A DNA stretch of 64,000 nt from a virus. Location: IMG/VR virus record IMGVR_UViG_3300050821_005343, positions 13,862 to 77,861 of that record; one strand, given 5' to 3'. Below the pieces are notes generated by a model, which made no database searches, had not been told where the DNA came from, and saw nothing but the letters and a program-made list of their open reading frames with translations. Below are positions 37,301 through 45,968 of the stretch, piece after piece. The position numbers and the translations under genes are program-made. Within the stretch, counting starts at the first letter, position 1. Each line of letters starts with the position of its first letter.

Positions 37301-39376
37301 TTTATCTGGTATACTAGAGATAACAGCGCCCATCCCCTCGGCGCTTTTAACGGCAAACGTATCCAAATGGGAATTTTTTACGGTCTCAATTACCGAACTG
37401 CGGATATCCTGTCCCATTTTTACTAGGGAGTCTCGGATTCCTTCTGCTGATTTTAGATTCTCCTCGCCCATATCTTTGGAGGTTTTTTCAGTCTCCGGCG
37501 TTAATTTATTAAATTCCCCCTTCGTAAGGGCGTCCAGAATCGGGCCGATGCCTCCCCTCAGACCAAATTGCTGCGCGACGGCGCCTGCCACTCCCTGATT
37601 GGCTTCGGTTTGCCCCTGCATAGCGGGCATGGTTACGAACTGATGGGCCGCCGAAAGCGTCCCCATCATCGTTCCGCCGCCCATGAATGCCAGCGACCGG
37701 AAAATATCCGGAGCGGCAATTTCTCTCCAGTTTACTCCGCCGCCGCCGCCGCGAATGGCTTCCGCCAATCTGGCTGGGTCTTTCTGCATGGCGTCGGTCT
37801 GCGCCCGCTGAGTTGCGCGCAACTCCAAAGCCGCCCGCTCTTGCGCCTCTTTCGCCTCGGGCATCGCATTGCGCTCGTTCTTCGCAGCGTCTATGCGCGC
37901 CTGTTCCTGAGCCTCGCGGGCCTCTGGTATAGCGTCTCGCGCTATCCTTGCGGCATCCAGCCGTGCCTGTTGCTGCCCTTCTAAGGCTTCTGGAATGGCG
38001 TTGCGTTCTTCCTTGCGCGCCGCTTCGCGTACCCTCTCCTGGCCCTCCTGAGCTTCCGGAACGGCGTTGCGTCGGGTCTTCTGTTCAGTCTCCTCTGCCT
38101 CATCTCGGTGCATCTTGGCACGTTCAATGTTGCGGCCGTCCTCCTTTTCTTGGGCCTTCAGTGCCTCGATGTGGGAGGCATCTGCCTGCCGTTGTAATAG
38201 CTGAAGTCGCTGATTATCTTCCGGCGTGATCGGCTCGCCAAGATACTTCGCCCTAAACTGCAATTGAGCTTTAGTTAAATCAAATTCCGTCTGCTGCTTG
38301 GTACGCTCTGCCCCAGGCACCGCATCTTCTGCGCTTCTAGCGCCAAGCTCCGCGCTTTCAATTTTTCTCTCTGCCTGCTTAGGTAGAGTGACGGCGTCGA
38401 CTTCTTCTCGCTCCGCCCTGGCGATCCTCATTTCCGCCTGAGTAGTCAGGTCAGACGAATCGGCCACATCGCGGCGCGACTTGGCAATCTTCATTTCCGC
38501 TTCGACGGACTTATCCGCCGAATCGACCACTTCCCGCCGAGACTTCGCAATTTTCATTTCTGCTTCAACGGGGAGATCCGCTGAATCAGTCAACTTGCGA
38601 TGCGACTCGTTTATTTTAATGGTGCCTTCTGCGTAATGATCAGCAGAATCCCGCACCGTGCGGACAATGTCGCCCCATTCCCCCTGCAGTCGGTTGGTGG
38701 TTACGCGGACGACCTGATGCAGTTGCTCCAGGCCCACGCCGGAGCGGGCGAAAGCTCCTTCAAGATTGGCAAATTGTTGATTATCTAGACCGGCCGCCTT
38801 GCCTAGTTCGTTGAATTCAAGGACGTTCTCGCTCATGCGAGAGGCTAGTTCGTTAAAGAGAACAGCCAAGCCGCCTATGGAACCCGCCACCGCCGACCCT
38901 ACCGCGCCGACGAGTCCTAGCTTACCGAGGAAGCCGCCAACAACAGAACCAGCTTCCTCAACGCTGGAAGAAAACCTTTGGAATCCAACGATGCTGGCTT
39001 GTAGAGAGCCAGATATCATGGCTTGGCCGACGCCCTCTACGCCGCGCTTAAGAACCTCAAATGACTTATTTGCAATCTCGGCGCCCTTGCCGAGTTCCTC
39101 AATCTCCTTATGGCCGCTGGCGGACGCCTCGACATGGACGTGTCGTTCTTCGGTGGTCGCCTCGTGACTGACCGCAGCGTGAGCAGGCGATAGAGACGGT
39201 GGCCGCCACGGCTCGCTTGCGCCTCCTGGGGAGACGTTCGCGATGTTAAACGGCTGCGCTTGTTGCGCCTGCTGACCTTGCTTTATCCGCTCATTGATGG
39301 CGTCAACGGCCGACAGGACTCCCGACTGCCCTTCGGTCTGGAACTGGAAAGTAATGATAACGTTGTTGTCGGCCAA
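34376..39376 (-). CDS. tail tape measure protein
   Basis: 1666 aa, helical and Ala-rich; 21/22-aa repeats; two GPGTGTSDSI..SNGEYV motifs. Confidence 0.88.
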   Translation of the reverse strand: MADNNVIITFQFQTEGQSGVLSAVDAINERIKQGQQAQQAQPFNIANVSPGGASEPWRPPSLSPAHAAVSHEATTEERHVHVEASASGHKEIEELGKGAEIANKSFEVLKRGVEGVGQAMISGSLQASIVGFQRFSSSVEEAGSVVGGFLGKLGLVGAVGSAVAGSIGGLAVLFNELASRMSENVLEFNELGKAAGLDNQQFANLEGAFARSGVGLEQLHQVVRVTTNRLQGEWGDIVRTVRDSADHYAEGTIKINESHRKLTDSADLPVEAEMKIAKSRREVVDSADKSVEAEMKIAKSRRDVADSSDLTTQAEMRIARAEREEVDAVTLPKQAERKIESAELGARSAEDAVPGAERTKQQTEFDLTKAQLQFRAKYLGEPITPEDNQRLQLLQRQADASHIEALKAQEKEDGRNIERAKMHRDEAEETEQKTRRNAVPEAQEGQERVREAARKEERNAIPEALEGQQQARLDAARIARDAIPEAREAQEQARIDAAKNERNAMPEAKEAQERAALELRATQRAQTDAMQKDPARLAEAIRGGGGGVNWREIAAPDIFRSLAFMGGGTMMGTLSAAHQFVTMPAMQGQTEANQGVAGAVAQQFGLRGGIGPILDALTKGEFNKLTPETEKTSKDMGEENLKSAEGIRDSLVKMGQDIRSSVIETVKNSHLDTFAVKSAEGMGAVISSIPDKAKAAFDGAAASADALSTALNTAAISVDKAFSPGVRQAISEDKPLQDLYAKLPALQQQREDITGEMRAKGLTPGAVLTEPQQKQADVLQSRLDAVVGQIREINQSAKPLEERDVKQQGGDLFNQQSGPELKGAAEDLKNAAIKGSEDGSYLKDAAGQLKEAAQALKSAGGSATGERHSSGGYITGPGTGTSDSIRAPWLSNGEYVVKAARVAQVGKDKLDDLNAGRVGFADGGLVDAGHGDCPDPEMSPRTMAYIKGRPSYAEGDVQPSSGILPDAKIFEHPPAAPSTMVPQDAVNLWDHPHHKTDSFADGGYVQRKGFAEGGVVDLGELAAEIVKSPDEFIAKIAEARKFSLSSDAGKVPENADEALLTILSPKAAAEVHALMPMHPASAGGSTGGIHASVPAPLAEGQPIGTSSEASAPAAPPSVAATPPTVTQPSHPSSIGNGTGVGGINWASNFGRVPEGWEHKIALAPGVKSWWDSTVDQHPGPKGPINWASNDRRVPEGWEKKIALAPGVKSWWDKSPNPHTSDGFINWASNGGEPPSAKFPEGKINFATNAGRVPEGWEDRIALAPGVRSWWDDATGRGGSGASTDQGKASHGIDSHPNVRLGSRDSILPQGFDYWSDDRKNTWYSKNNLEAPWFDSAEYAHHNKSLPFSPKEQAQFAKAYKGDEGQNFAPLTWKKASPVFFEGKWHEGTLPEVGKLTSPVSFEGKWLSKVPGMGEPSGEPGQRQPQHDFYSHLELLPPTPPPTPPPSFAEGGLIQGPGTGTSDSISAPWVSNGEYVIKADRVAQVGVDNMHAFNEGRLGFAGGGMVSYFGETTEEAGTAAGLNHHLGRTTEEAGFAAGGSVSIPSYLSGGQIMGENAAAASGMMVSPWSSPPPPSGGVMMQAVGQIGQERSAFSSGMMLGDNSPLLASNLVGSSSNSPSFAGHYALDVTTDKGIVPAMMTEDMMSSLSQSSLASKLTRTGITPSWGS
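35566..35950 (-). repeat. three ~85-bp repeats inside the tape measure (INWASN.GRVPEGWE.KIALAPGV.SWWD)
   Basis: Copies at about 35566-35650, 35743-35827 and 35866-35950, plus a partial copy. Confidence 0.9.
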
Positions 39377-39940
39377 CTATTTCACCTTTCCAAGTCTAGT
39401 TTTGAAGAACTCGCCCGCCCGCGCCGCAACAGCGCGAGCGATTTCAAACGTATGGAATTTCTGCGGAATCGTGACCGAAGACTTGCCGAAATACTTAGGT
39501 TCTGCGGGCTTCTGGCCAAAGGAGAACAGAAGCGGCGCTTTCCCACCCCTGCGGTCAACCCGGAATAGTGGGCCATAATCACGCGCCCGCTTGCCGATCG
39601 CGTCGGCGGCAAAGGACAAGGGAATCCAAAGCATCGGCTTGCCTTGGATGGTGGTGGTTTTGGTGAACGTGCTGAAATACGGAACTTGATGGTCGATATC
39701 GAGCCGGATGTTGCCGCCGCCTTGGGTGACGTTGGCGGTGAAGCCGTCTGTCCAGCGGGAACCGAACTTACCGGCCCCCTTGATGTCCTCGCCAGCAGCT
39801 TTGATGAAAGCTGTGGCGATATCGTTCGCAGTCGCTCGCATGATGTCGCGGGTGACGTCGCCGCCTCGCGCGGTTCCGCGCGAAAACAGCGGCCCGGTGC
39901 GCTGTTCCTTGAAGTATGTCCTTACAACGTTATCGGGCAT
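39377..39940 (-). CDS. tail completion / neck-like protein
   Basis: Basic 187-aa ORF just before the tape measure. Confidence 0.55.
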   Translation of the reverse strand: MPDNVVRTYFKEQRTGPLFSRGTARGGDVTRDIMRATANDIATAFIKAAGEDIKGAGKFGSRWTDGFTANVTQGGGNIRLDIDHQVPYFSTFTKTTTIQGKPMLWIPLSFAADAIGKRARDYGPLFRVDRRGGKAPLLFSFGQKPAEPKYFGKSSVTIPQKFHTFEIARAVAARAGEFFKTRLGKVK

Positions 39941-39980
39941 TGTGTTATATGGTGTTTCTCATGCAAGATGTGGAGGTGGC

Positions 39981-40496
39981 ATGAAGCCCAAAAAGCGCAT
40001 GGACCGGCGCAAGGCGTTAAGCCACATACTCTCGATTTCCAGCGATCCGGATTTCATCACAGGAGCCAAAGAAGTGCTTGCACGCAAGCCGTTCGACTAC
40101 GGACTACGCAGCGATAAATCTCAGGTGAGATACGAAAACGGAAGGCTGATAGCTATCCGGGTACTTCAATCTAGCTTGTGTTTCTTAGTTATGCTTGCGC
40201 TGTGGGCCATCCCGGCACTGGCGCAGCAAAAGTGGTGGGCATTGGTGCGGGGCGAAGGCGACGTTTTTAGCACCTGCACCGACCATCCACCGGTCGAATC
40301 CCCGGCCAAATGGCACGAGGGAGCCTTGGCGAATGGATGGCCTGCGCAAATAGTTGATCAGGGTGATGAGGTTAATGTTTATACTATCAGCGACGGAAAA
40401 CAAATTAAGGTGTCTTATTTCCGCACGCAGGATGCCTGCCATAAGGCTGCTCAAGCCAATATCGACGAGAATGCGAAAATGGACAAGTACCGCTAA
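39981..40496 (+). CDS. antisense moron membrane/exported protein
   Basis: GGAGG RBS; internal hydrophobic segment ..ALWAIPALA|Q; two-Cys C-terminal domain. Confidence 0.6.
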   Translation: MKPKKRMDRRKALSHILSISSDPDFITGAKEVLARKPFDYGLRSDKSQVRYENGRLIAIRVLQSSLCFLVMLALWAIPALAQQKWWALVRGEGDVFSTCTDHPPVESPAKWHEGALANGWPAQIVDQGDEVNVYTISDGKQIKVSYFRTQDACHKAAQANIDENAKMDKYR

Positions 40497-40726
40497 AGCT
40501 CCTTCTCCAGCTTCTTGAGTTCCTTTTCCAGTTCTTCCTTTTTAACTCTCGCCCCCATTGTCGCGGCGGTTATGCCGTCAACGAGGTCTCGGATGCGCCT
40601 TCGCTCTCCGAGGAAGGCGTGCGCGGCAAGCTGTCTGGGGGTAAGTCCGAAGACCCACTCTTCGTCTTGTCCGGCAGCGATGAGGGCTGCCGCGGCCTCT
40701 GCGAGGTCGTATCCGGGGCCTTTCCA
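40493..40726 (-). CDS. gpT-like -1 frameshift extension of the tail chaperone
   Basis: Slippery T-GGA-AAG at 40726-40720; the -1 frame reads KGPGYDLAEAAAALIAAGQDEEWVFGLTPRQLAAH..KKLEKEL*. Confidence 0.65.
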   Translation of the reverse strand, partial: WKGPGYDLAEAAAALIAAGQDEEWVFGLTPRQLAAHAFLGERRRIRDLVDGITAATMGARVKKEELEKELKKLEKEL

Positions 40727-41133
40727 GTTTCGCCCTTGACTGCCAGCCCCAGAGCCCTCAGTCGGGCGTCGAAAGGGCCGAAGCCGCGGGTGAACGTCGC
40801 CTTCCCAATCGCCTCGAGCAATTCGCTTTGTTCTTCGATGGTCAGGTCGGCGGCGGCCTCGATCTGCTCTAGGTCATCCCCCTTCTTAAATCCCATGGCG
40901 ATTATGAGCGGGATTGCGTCCGGCGCAGTCTTCACTATTTCGCCGACAGTGACAGGCGCTCCCATGAAGAACTTCTGCATGGGAACGAATTTCTCCATCA
41001 GATCGCCGACGTTGCCGGTCGAGAGTCCGACTACTTCAGACTCTCGACCGTCAGAGAATGTCACGACCTGCGCCTTGCGGCGCAGATCGAGCAACCCCAA
41101 TTTATCTGGGGCTTTAATATCTTTCAGTTTCAA
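40570..41133 (-). CDS. tail assembly chaperone (gpG-like)
   Basis: Lies between major tail and tape measure genes. Confidence 0.7.
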   Translation of the reverse strand: MKLKDIKAPDKLGLLDLRRKAQVVTFSDGRESEVVGLSTGNVGDLMEKFVPMQKFFMGAPVTVGEIVKTAPDAIPLIIAMGFKKGDDLEQIEAAADLTIEEQSELLEAIGKATFTRGFGPFDARLRALGLAVKGETGKAPDTTSQRPRQPSSLPDKTKSGSSDLPPDSLPRTPSSESEGASETSLTA

Positions 41134-41177
41134 AAAGGTTGCTCCCTTTTAATGCCACTTATTTCTTACTATGCAAC

Positions 41178-41726
41178 TCAGAGGTCAGCGAAATTCGCGC
41201 AGGTGAAGCTGCCGAAGCCTTCGACCGAATCATGCTGCACGTCGCAGGTGATCGACAGCTTCTGCCAATCTCCCGAGCCGGCGGCGATGAGTTCAAACGG
41301 CTGGTCAGGCGTCAGAAGAACGAGCGGGAAATGCGCATTCCACTTCGGGCCGGTGACGTTCGCATCGGTAAAGTTCAACGTCGCATAGAACAGCGGGTTG
41401 CTCATCGGAATGATGCTGGCCGAGCCGGAATCCTGAGGTAGGCCGAGGAGCGCCAAGCCCATGTTGCGGGCCGTGATTTCCTCGAGTTCGATCATCAGAG
41501 TAGCCTCGAGCCGAGTCGCGACCGAGCGGTCCTTGATCTGCACGCCTTGACGTGAGCTGTAGTGATGAAGCAACGTCGGCTTGACCTGGAATTTTGCCGA
41601 AGTAACGTTGCCCATATCGAGGGCGCCGTGACCGTCGTTCAAATCCATAGTCATGAAGCCGCGGCCGACGCGATAGTCGCCGATGTTGGGGGAAGTGGTG
41701 GTGGGTTGAATTACGCCAATGGGCAT
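41178..41726 (-). CDS. major tail tube protein
   Basis: AAAGGA RBS; Y.VGRG..DMGNV..LHHYSSRQG..KD..LEEITARN. Confidence 0.8.
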   Translation of the reverse strand: MPIGVIQPTTTSPNIGDYRVGRGFMTMDLNDGHGALDMGNVTSAKFQVKPTLLHHYSSRQGVQIKDRSVATRLEATLMIELEEITARNMGLALLGLPQDSGSASIIPMSNPLFYATLNFTDANVTGPKWNAHFPLVLLTPDQPFELIAAGSGDWQKLSITCDVQHDSVEGFGSFTCANFADL

Positions 41727-41748
41727 TTTAGTTGTCCTTTCTGGACAT

Positions 41749-41772
41749 AAAAAAAGCGCCCACTGGGCGCTT
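41749..41772 (-). terminator. Rho-independent terminator upstream of the major tail gene
   Basis: Minus strand AAGCGCCC-AGT-GGGCGCTT-TTTTT. Confidence 0.65.
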
Positions 41773-41826
41773 GATTGGAGGGTTGTTGCGTGGTAAGCCA
41801 CGGCGCGCAGAAGAAAGGCGACGCCT

Positions 41827-42048
41827 GTGTTAGAAGATTGGTTTGACGAGCCGTCAGACGATCCGTGGACCCAAGGATACAGAACTTGGTGTAAGGGCCA
41901 CTCAGCCTGGGAAGACGGCTACGGGTTTGACGAGAAACGGTTTGGCATTGACACCAACCCGTGTCCCCCATCGAGTCCTGATCACTTGGAATGGCAAAAG
42001 GGTTGGGGAACCGCGCTTGATGACTATATTGCCGGCCTATACGCCTAA
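41827..42048 (+). CDS. Rmf/CrpP-fold small protein (ribosome modulation factor-like)
   Basis: AWEDGY..NPCPP....LEWQKGW; own promoter/operator at 41771-41800. Confidence 0.55.
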   Translation: MLEDWFDEPSDDPWTQGYRTWCKGHSAWEDGYGFDEKRFGIDTNPCPPSSPDHLEWQKGWGTALDDYIAGLYA

Positions 42049-42049
42049 C

Positions 42050-42553
42050 TCAGGGCCGGATTGGTGTTAGCCAGTAGCGGAAAGAGTAACGGACGAGTAA
42101 TCGGCCAAAAAGCGTCATAGACTCTGGGTCCATGTCCGTATATGAGCCGAGATAGGTGATCTGGCCACTAGGACCAAGAATAGAGATTAGAGTCGGATCG
42201 TTCTCAATGGCGGCTCGCACGCTCATGCGCCACTGAGATATTTCCGGACCGATAGGGGCCGCAACCACAGTGCCGTTCGGCCCGTCTAACGTTAGGTTTG
42301 TGGCATCCGAACGCGGCTGTGGAACAACGACGATATGCGGCTTGAGGTTGATAATACCGCCAGGAAACCTTACCGACTTATTTCTGACCGCCTCGTCGGC
42401 CATGGTATTGTCTTCTTCGCCGTCGAGCAGAATGATGGCCGGAAGTTCCATCGTGCTGAAGTCTCCGCGATCACGATAAACGCCAGCAATTCCCGAGACG
42501 CCAGAAAGAAGGGTTTGTAGCTGCTCGAGGATGGCCTCGCGGGTGTCGCTCAT
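42050..42553 (-). CDS. tail terminator-like protein
   Basis: MSDTREAILEQL..LPAIILLDG. Confidence 0.65.
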   Translation of the reverse strand: MSDTREAILEQLQTLLSGVSGIAGVYRDRGDFSTMELPAIILLDGEEDNTMADEAVRNKSVRFPGGIINLKPHIVVVPQPRSDATNLTLDGPNGTVVAAPIGPEISQWRMSVRAAIENDPTLISILGPSGQITYLGSYTDMDPESMTLFGRLLVRYSFRYWLTPIRP

Positions 42554-42954
42554 GCGCGCACCGGCAAGAACCAATAGACAGGTACGCCGCTCATATTCAC
42601 CGGCACCGCCGGCTCCATAAGCTTTAGCGTCTCTTCGACTACCGGAGGATCGGTCCACGGAAACTTGTAAACAAGCAGGGATTCACGTTCGTGGTCAGGC
42701 GGTCCCGCAGGAAGATCGAGCGCGCCAAACAACGCGCGCCTAACCAGCGGATCGTAAGCCTTGCCGAAGATGTCCTGCACGCGCCAGCCGGTTAGGACAA
42801 CGCGGCACTTCCTAAGCGCGCCAGTCTTATTGGAGCGCAGCGACGCTGGCCTGCCATAGCGGGCAATCATCCGCTGGACGGTCGCCTGCGCTCTTGCGTA
42901 GTCGAACCGCGAAGCGGTGGGGTCGTCTATTGTAGGAGAACCTAGGAGCGTCAC
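42550..42954 (-). CDS. head closure / head-tail joining protein
   Basis: FDYARAQATVQRMIARYG; position in the neck module. Confidence 0.6.
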   Translation of the reverse strand: MTLLGSPTIDDPTASRFDYARAQATVQRMIARYGRPASLRSNKTGALRKCRVVLTGWRVQDIFGKAYDPLVRRALFGALDLPAGPPDHERESLLVYKFPWTDPPVVEETLKLMEPAVPVNMSGVPVYWFLPVRA

Positions 42955-43031
42955 AGGACGATGCCCATATTAGCGCAACGAGATCACGTAACAGGCCAGA
43001 CCATAGCAGCCCATGAAAATGAAAAATGGCA

Positions 43032-43403
43032 TCAGCATATCGCCACGGCCGGGAAGTTAATTCGCATCAAGTTGACGAATCTAATGCCGTAATCGGTTGT
43101 ATTGTAATCGCTGCGGTCGCTGGGATCTGGCTGCGACGGCTGGGCATAGGTGACGGAGAAGTCGCTGCCGATCTTCTCGCTGGTAATCTGCTGATTAGTG
43201 CCGCTCTGCTCGCGCTGAATCGCCACCATCAGGTAGTGGGCAGCGAGATAAGAGAACGCCAGCACGTAATAGTCAGCCATCCACGTCGTCACGTCCATGA
43301 TCAGGGACGCTTCCTCGATGGCAAACTGGACGCGCGCGTCATCCTGATGCCTGAATTCAGGAAAGCGGATTTTGACCGAGGTGGCGTCGATCGGGAAGGG
43401 CAT
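43032..43403 (-). CDS. head-tail adaptor (DUF4054-like)
   Basis: FPEF..DDARV..YLAAHYL..SEKIGSDFSVTY..TTDYGIRF. Confidence 0.8.
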   Translation of the reverse strand: MPFPIDATSVKIRFPEFRHQDDARVQFAIEEASLIMDVTTWMADYYVLAFSYLAAHYLMVAIQREQSGTNQQITSEKIGSDFSVTYAQPSQPDPSDRSDYNTTDYGIRFVNLMRINFPAVAIC

Positions 43404-43432
43404 TGACAATCCAAAAAGTGCGTGGTAAGCAA

Positions 43433-43543
43433 CACGAGTCAGGTGGCTTATGCCCAATGACTCGAAACCGGGAGGCTGAAATGAACCCGGCCGGTGCAAA
43501 GACCGGCAACCGGAGGGCGTCCGAAAGGGCGCCCTTTTTGTTT
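43433..43543 (+). ncRNA. putative small RNA with three hairpins and a terminator
   Basis: TTGACA at 43403; operator at 43418; stems CGAGTCA/TGACTCG, CCGGG/CCCGG, CCGGT/ACCGG; terminator GGGCGTCC-GAAA-GGGCGCCC-TTTTT. Confidence 0.65.
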
Positions 43544-43546
43544 CCC

Positions 43547-43789
43547 TTAAATCCCGAGCGCCGTTCCCAACGCTGGCGGCGACCAGCCTGGATCAGTCAC
43601 GCCCTTGGACAGCGGCCCGTTTTCGCGGAACACCTCTGGCGAGCCGTGCCAGGCGTTGATTTCAGCTTCCGCGCGTGTTGGATCAAGACGGCCGTGTTTG
43701 GTCACGACGGTATGCCCCGCGGCGGTATTGATTTGATTGTAAAGAAGATTGAGGTCGAGGATCGACCATTGAGTGACGACGCTCGTCAT
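43547..43789 (-). CDS. hypothetical protein
   Basis: 80 aa, coupled to the upstream gene. Confidence 0.5.
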   Translation of the reverse strand: MTSVVTQWSILDLNLLYNQINTAAGHTVVTKHGRLDPTRAEAEINAWHGSPEVFRENGPLSKGVTDPGWSPPALGTALGI

Positions 43790-44166
43790 GGGGAGCTTCC
43801 TTCAAGGTTGGCGTTGATCGGCGAGGCGGTCACCGTCATGATTCCAGCAACCACGGTGGCGGGATTTCCCCCTGCATCGACCGTCGTCGCACTGTGATAG
43901 TAATTTCCGAGCAGGGAGATGGTGTCCTCAATTACGAGGCTGACCACGAACGTATCAGGGGGCGATGCCGCAATGACGATGTCTCCAGGACTGCCGGTCG
44001 ATTTCACGATGATTGGAACTAGCGAAGTCACGCTGCCAGATGTCTGGCTATAGGCCCGCCAATTCACCGTCGCGTTGACGAGCGAGATGCCGTCAGCGGG
44101 ATCGAGATGAAAGGTTACGTTAAGATTATCGCCCGCGGCGATAGGGAAATTCTGGAGCGCTGGCAT
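43786..44166 (-). CDS. BppU-N-like Ig adaptor (virion)
   Basis: AGDNL.VTF..ISL..ATV.W..FVVSL...DT..L.G.YYH. Confidence 0.6.
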   Translation of the reverse strand: MPALQNFPIAAGDNLNVTFHLDPADGISLVNATVNWRAYSQTSGSVTSLVPIIVKSTGSPGDIVIAASPPDTFVVSLVIEDTISLLGNYYHSATTVDAGGNPATVVAGIMTVTASPINANLEGSSP

Positions 44167-45027
44167 TTAGTTTGACTTCCTTCCAGCACGGAGTTGCGGG
44201 CTGTCTCGGTCGGCTAGAAGAAAAGGCGAATCCCGGTCAGCGCGTAGGTTTATGTTGCGGGGTGGGACCACAATCTGGGGTCGTATTGAGAAAGCAAAGA
44301 TATCGGCAGTTTCAGTTAGCGACAGTTCTGCCTGATTGTCGTTAAATCCAGCGAAAGCAAAGGAATCGGCCGCTTCCGTGAGGGCGAACGAGACGGCGTT
44401 GGCGTTAAAGGTAACTAAGGCGAAAGCGTCAGGCGGCTCAGTGAACGCAAACGATGCGCTGATGATGTCGGACGCATTAAACGAAAAGACGTCTGGCTGC
44501 TCGGTGACGGCGAACGAAGCGCTATTGACATCAGATGCGGCGAAGGCGAAAGAGTCCGCAGTCTCTGTTACTGCGAACGATGCTTGGTTGGAATCAGTAG
44601 CCGCAAAAGCAAAGGCGTCTGCGGCTTCCGTAACCGCAAATGAAACGCTATTAAGATTGGCGGCAACGAAGGAGAATGCATCCGCCGCCTCTGCGACAGC
44701 TAAGGCTGCTTGGTTAACGTCCGTCGCGGCGAAAGCAAAGGTATCTGCGACTTCAGTGACTGCGAAGGATGCGTTATTTGCGTCAGAAGCCGCGAAAGCG
44801 AATGTGTCTGCGGCTTCAGTAACGGAGAATGATGCGCTGTTAACATCCGTCGCGGCAATGGAAAAAGTATCAGCAGGCTCCGTGACGGCAACGGACGCAT
44901 TGTTGACATCTGCGCCGACGAAAGAAAAAGTATCAGACGGCTCTGTGAGCGCCAGGGTCGCCTGATTAGCGGGCGACGAGGCAAGAGAGCTTACCGGCGC
45001 TTCTGATACTGCTTCTAGCCCAAGCAT
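44167..45027 (-). CDS. head/neck fibre-like protein with ~11 tandem 21-aa repeats
   Basis: Consensus xASFAVTExADxFAFAAxDxN; S/T/A-rich. Confidence 0.75.
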   Translation of the reverse strand: MLGLEAVSEAPVSSLASSPANQATLALTEPSDTFSFVGADVNNASVAVTEPADTFSIAATDVNSASFSVTEAADTFAFAASDANNASFAVTEVADTFAFAATDVNQAALAVAEAADAFSFVAANLNSVSFAVTEAADAFAFAATDSNQASFAVTETADSFAFAASDVNSASFAVTEQPDVFSFNASDIISASFAFTEPPDAFALVTFNANAVSFALTEAADSFAFAGFNDNQAELSLTETADIFAFSIRPQIVVPPRNINLRADRDSPFLLADRDSPQLRAGRKSN

Positions 45028-45044
45028 GGCAGCCCCTGCTTAGG

Positions 45045-45965
45045 TTAGTGTTGGTACCAAGACTTTAGGGTGGCTGCAATGGCGGCTGTTTGCGTCCCGA
45101 TAGCTCCTGTATTGAAATCTATAAATATGCCTACATTTGTATAGCCAGACGTTCCTAAATAGCCAGAAGATTTTGCTACTGTAAACAACTGGATAAAACT
45201 TACCCCATCAACTGAATTGGAGAACGTTACATTAGTCCCGTCGTCGCTAACTCGGAAATAAACCTCTGATGGCGAATATTGGAAAAACACCGGCCCGTAA
45301 TCAGTCGCGGTAAATGTTGTCGCGTTTGAATAATGCTCAACTACAAGTTTGTTTACAATTGGTGCCGAATTGGTAACAAATACTTCCATCGCCTGGTATT
45401 TTGTCCCGTCTGTCCATCCCATGCCAAACGTATTATTACCATCCGACGGCCCGTAAACACTAAGTGTAGCATCTATTGTGTACGGGGTTGATGGGGACGC
45501 AATCGTCATGCCCCTCAATATAATGCTGTTCTGACTCGCCGTTTCCTTTAGAAATGGACCTATCGGACTGTCGACAAGACTCGTAGTGCCCGCAAAATTT
45601 CGCTGCGTCCAGTTGGCTGCTAGTGGAGGGGCTACGCGAGGCGGGTGGCGCAGCGCCGAGGCCGGCTCCGTCAGAAAGACGGTGCTGGTGCCGGTAAGGC
45701 TGACAAGGACTCCGGGACCACTTGAGCCGTCCAACACATTCGCAGCCGTTCGCGTTAGCGTTGTCCCACTCAGAGTATAGGTGCTGGCGCCCTGTATTTC
45801 CCAACCTGTGCCGTTGCCGCTAATGATGCAAATATTGCACTGGTTGCCGTTGCCGACGACGGCAAACGATTGGAACCCCGTCGCCGCCCCAGCAAGGGTC
45901 AGCGTGCCGGTTCCTGTTGTCGCGGTCGTTTCTTTGACGCGATCCGCAATGACTAGGCCGGTCAT
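45045..45965 (-). CDS. fibre protein with lectin-like C-terminal domain
   Basis: ADRVKETTATTGTGTLTLAGAATGFQSF N-domain; AT-rich ConA-like C-terminus. Confidence 0.65.
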   Translation of the reverse strand: MTGLVIADRVKETTATTGTGTLTLAGAATGFQSFAVVGNGNQCNICIISGNGTGWEIQGASTYTLSGTTLTRTAANVLDGSSGPGVLVSLTGTSTVFLTEPASALRHPPRVAPPLAANWTQRNFAGTTSLVDSPIGPFLKETASQNSIILRGMTIASPSTPYTIDATLSVYGPSDGNNTFGMGWTDGTKYQAMEVFVTNSAPIVNKLVVEHYSNATTFTATDYGPVFFQYSPSEVYFRVSDDGTNVTFSNSVDGVSFIQLFTVAKSSGYLGTSGYTNVGIFIDFNTGAIGTQTAAIAATLKSWYQH

Positions 45966-45968
45966 TGG

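Noticed and set aside
44240-44965. 63-bp tandem repeats as a CRISPR array
   Set aside because: The repeats are degenerate, contiguous and in frame within a protein, with no unique spacers. The Cas4-like gene at 4716 is a normal phage recombination exonuclease.
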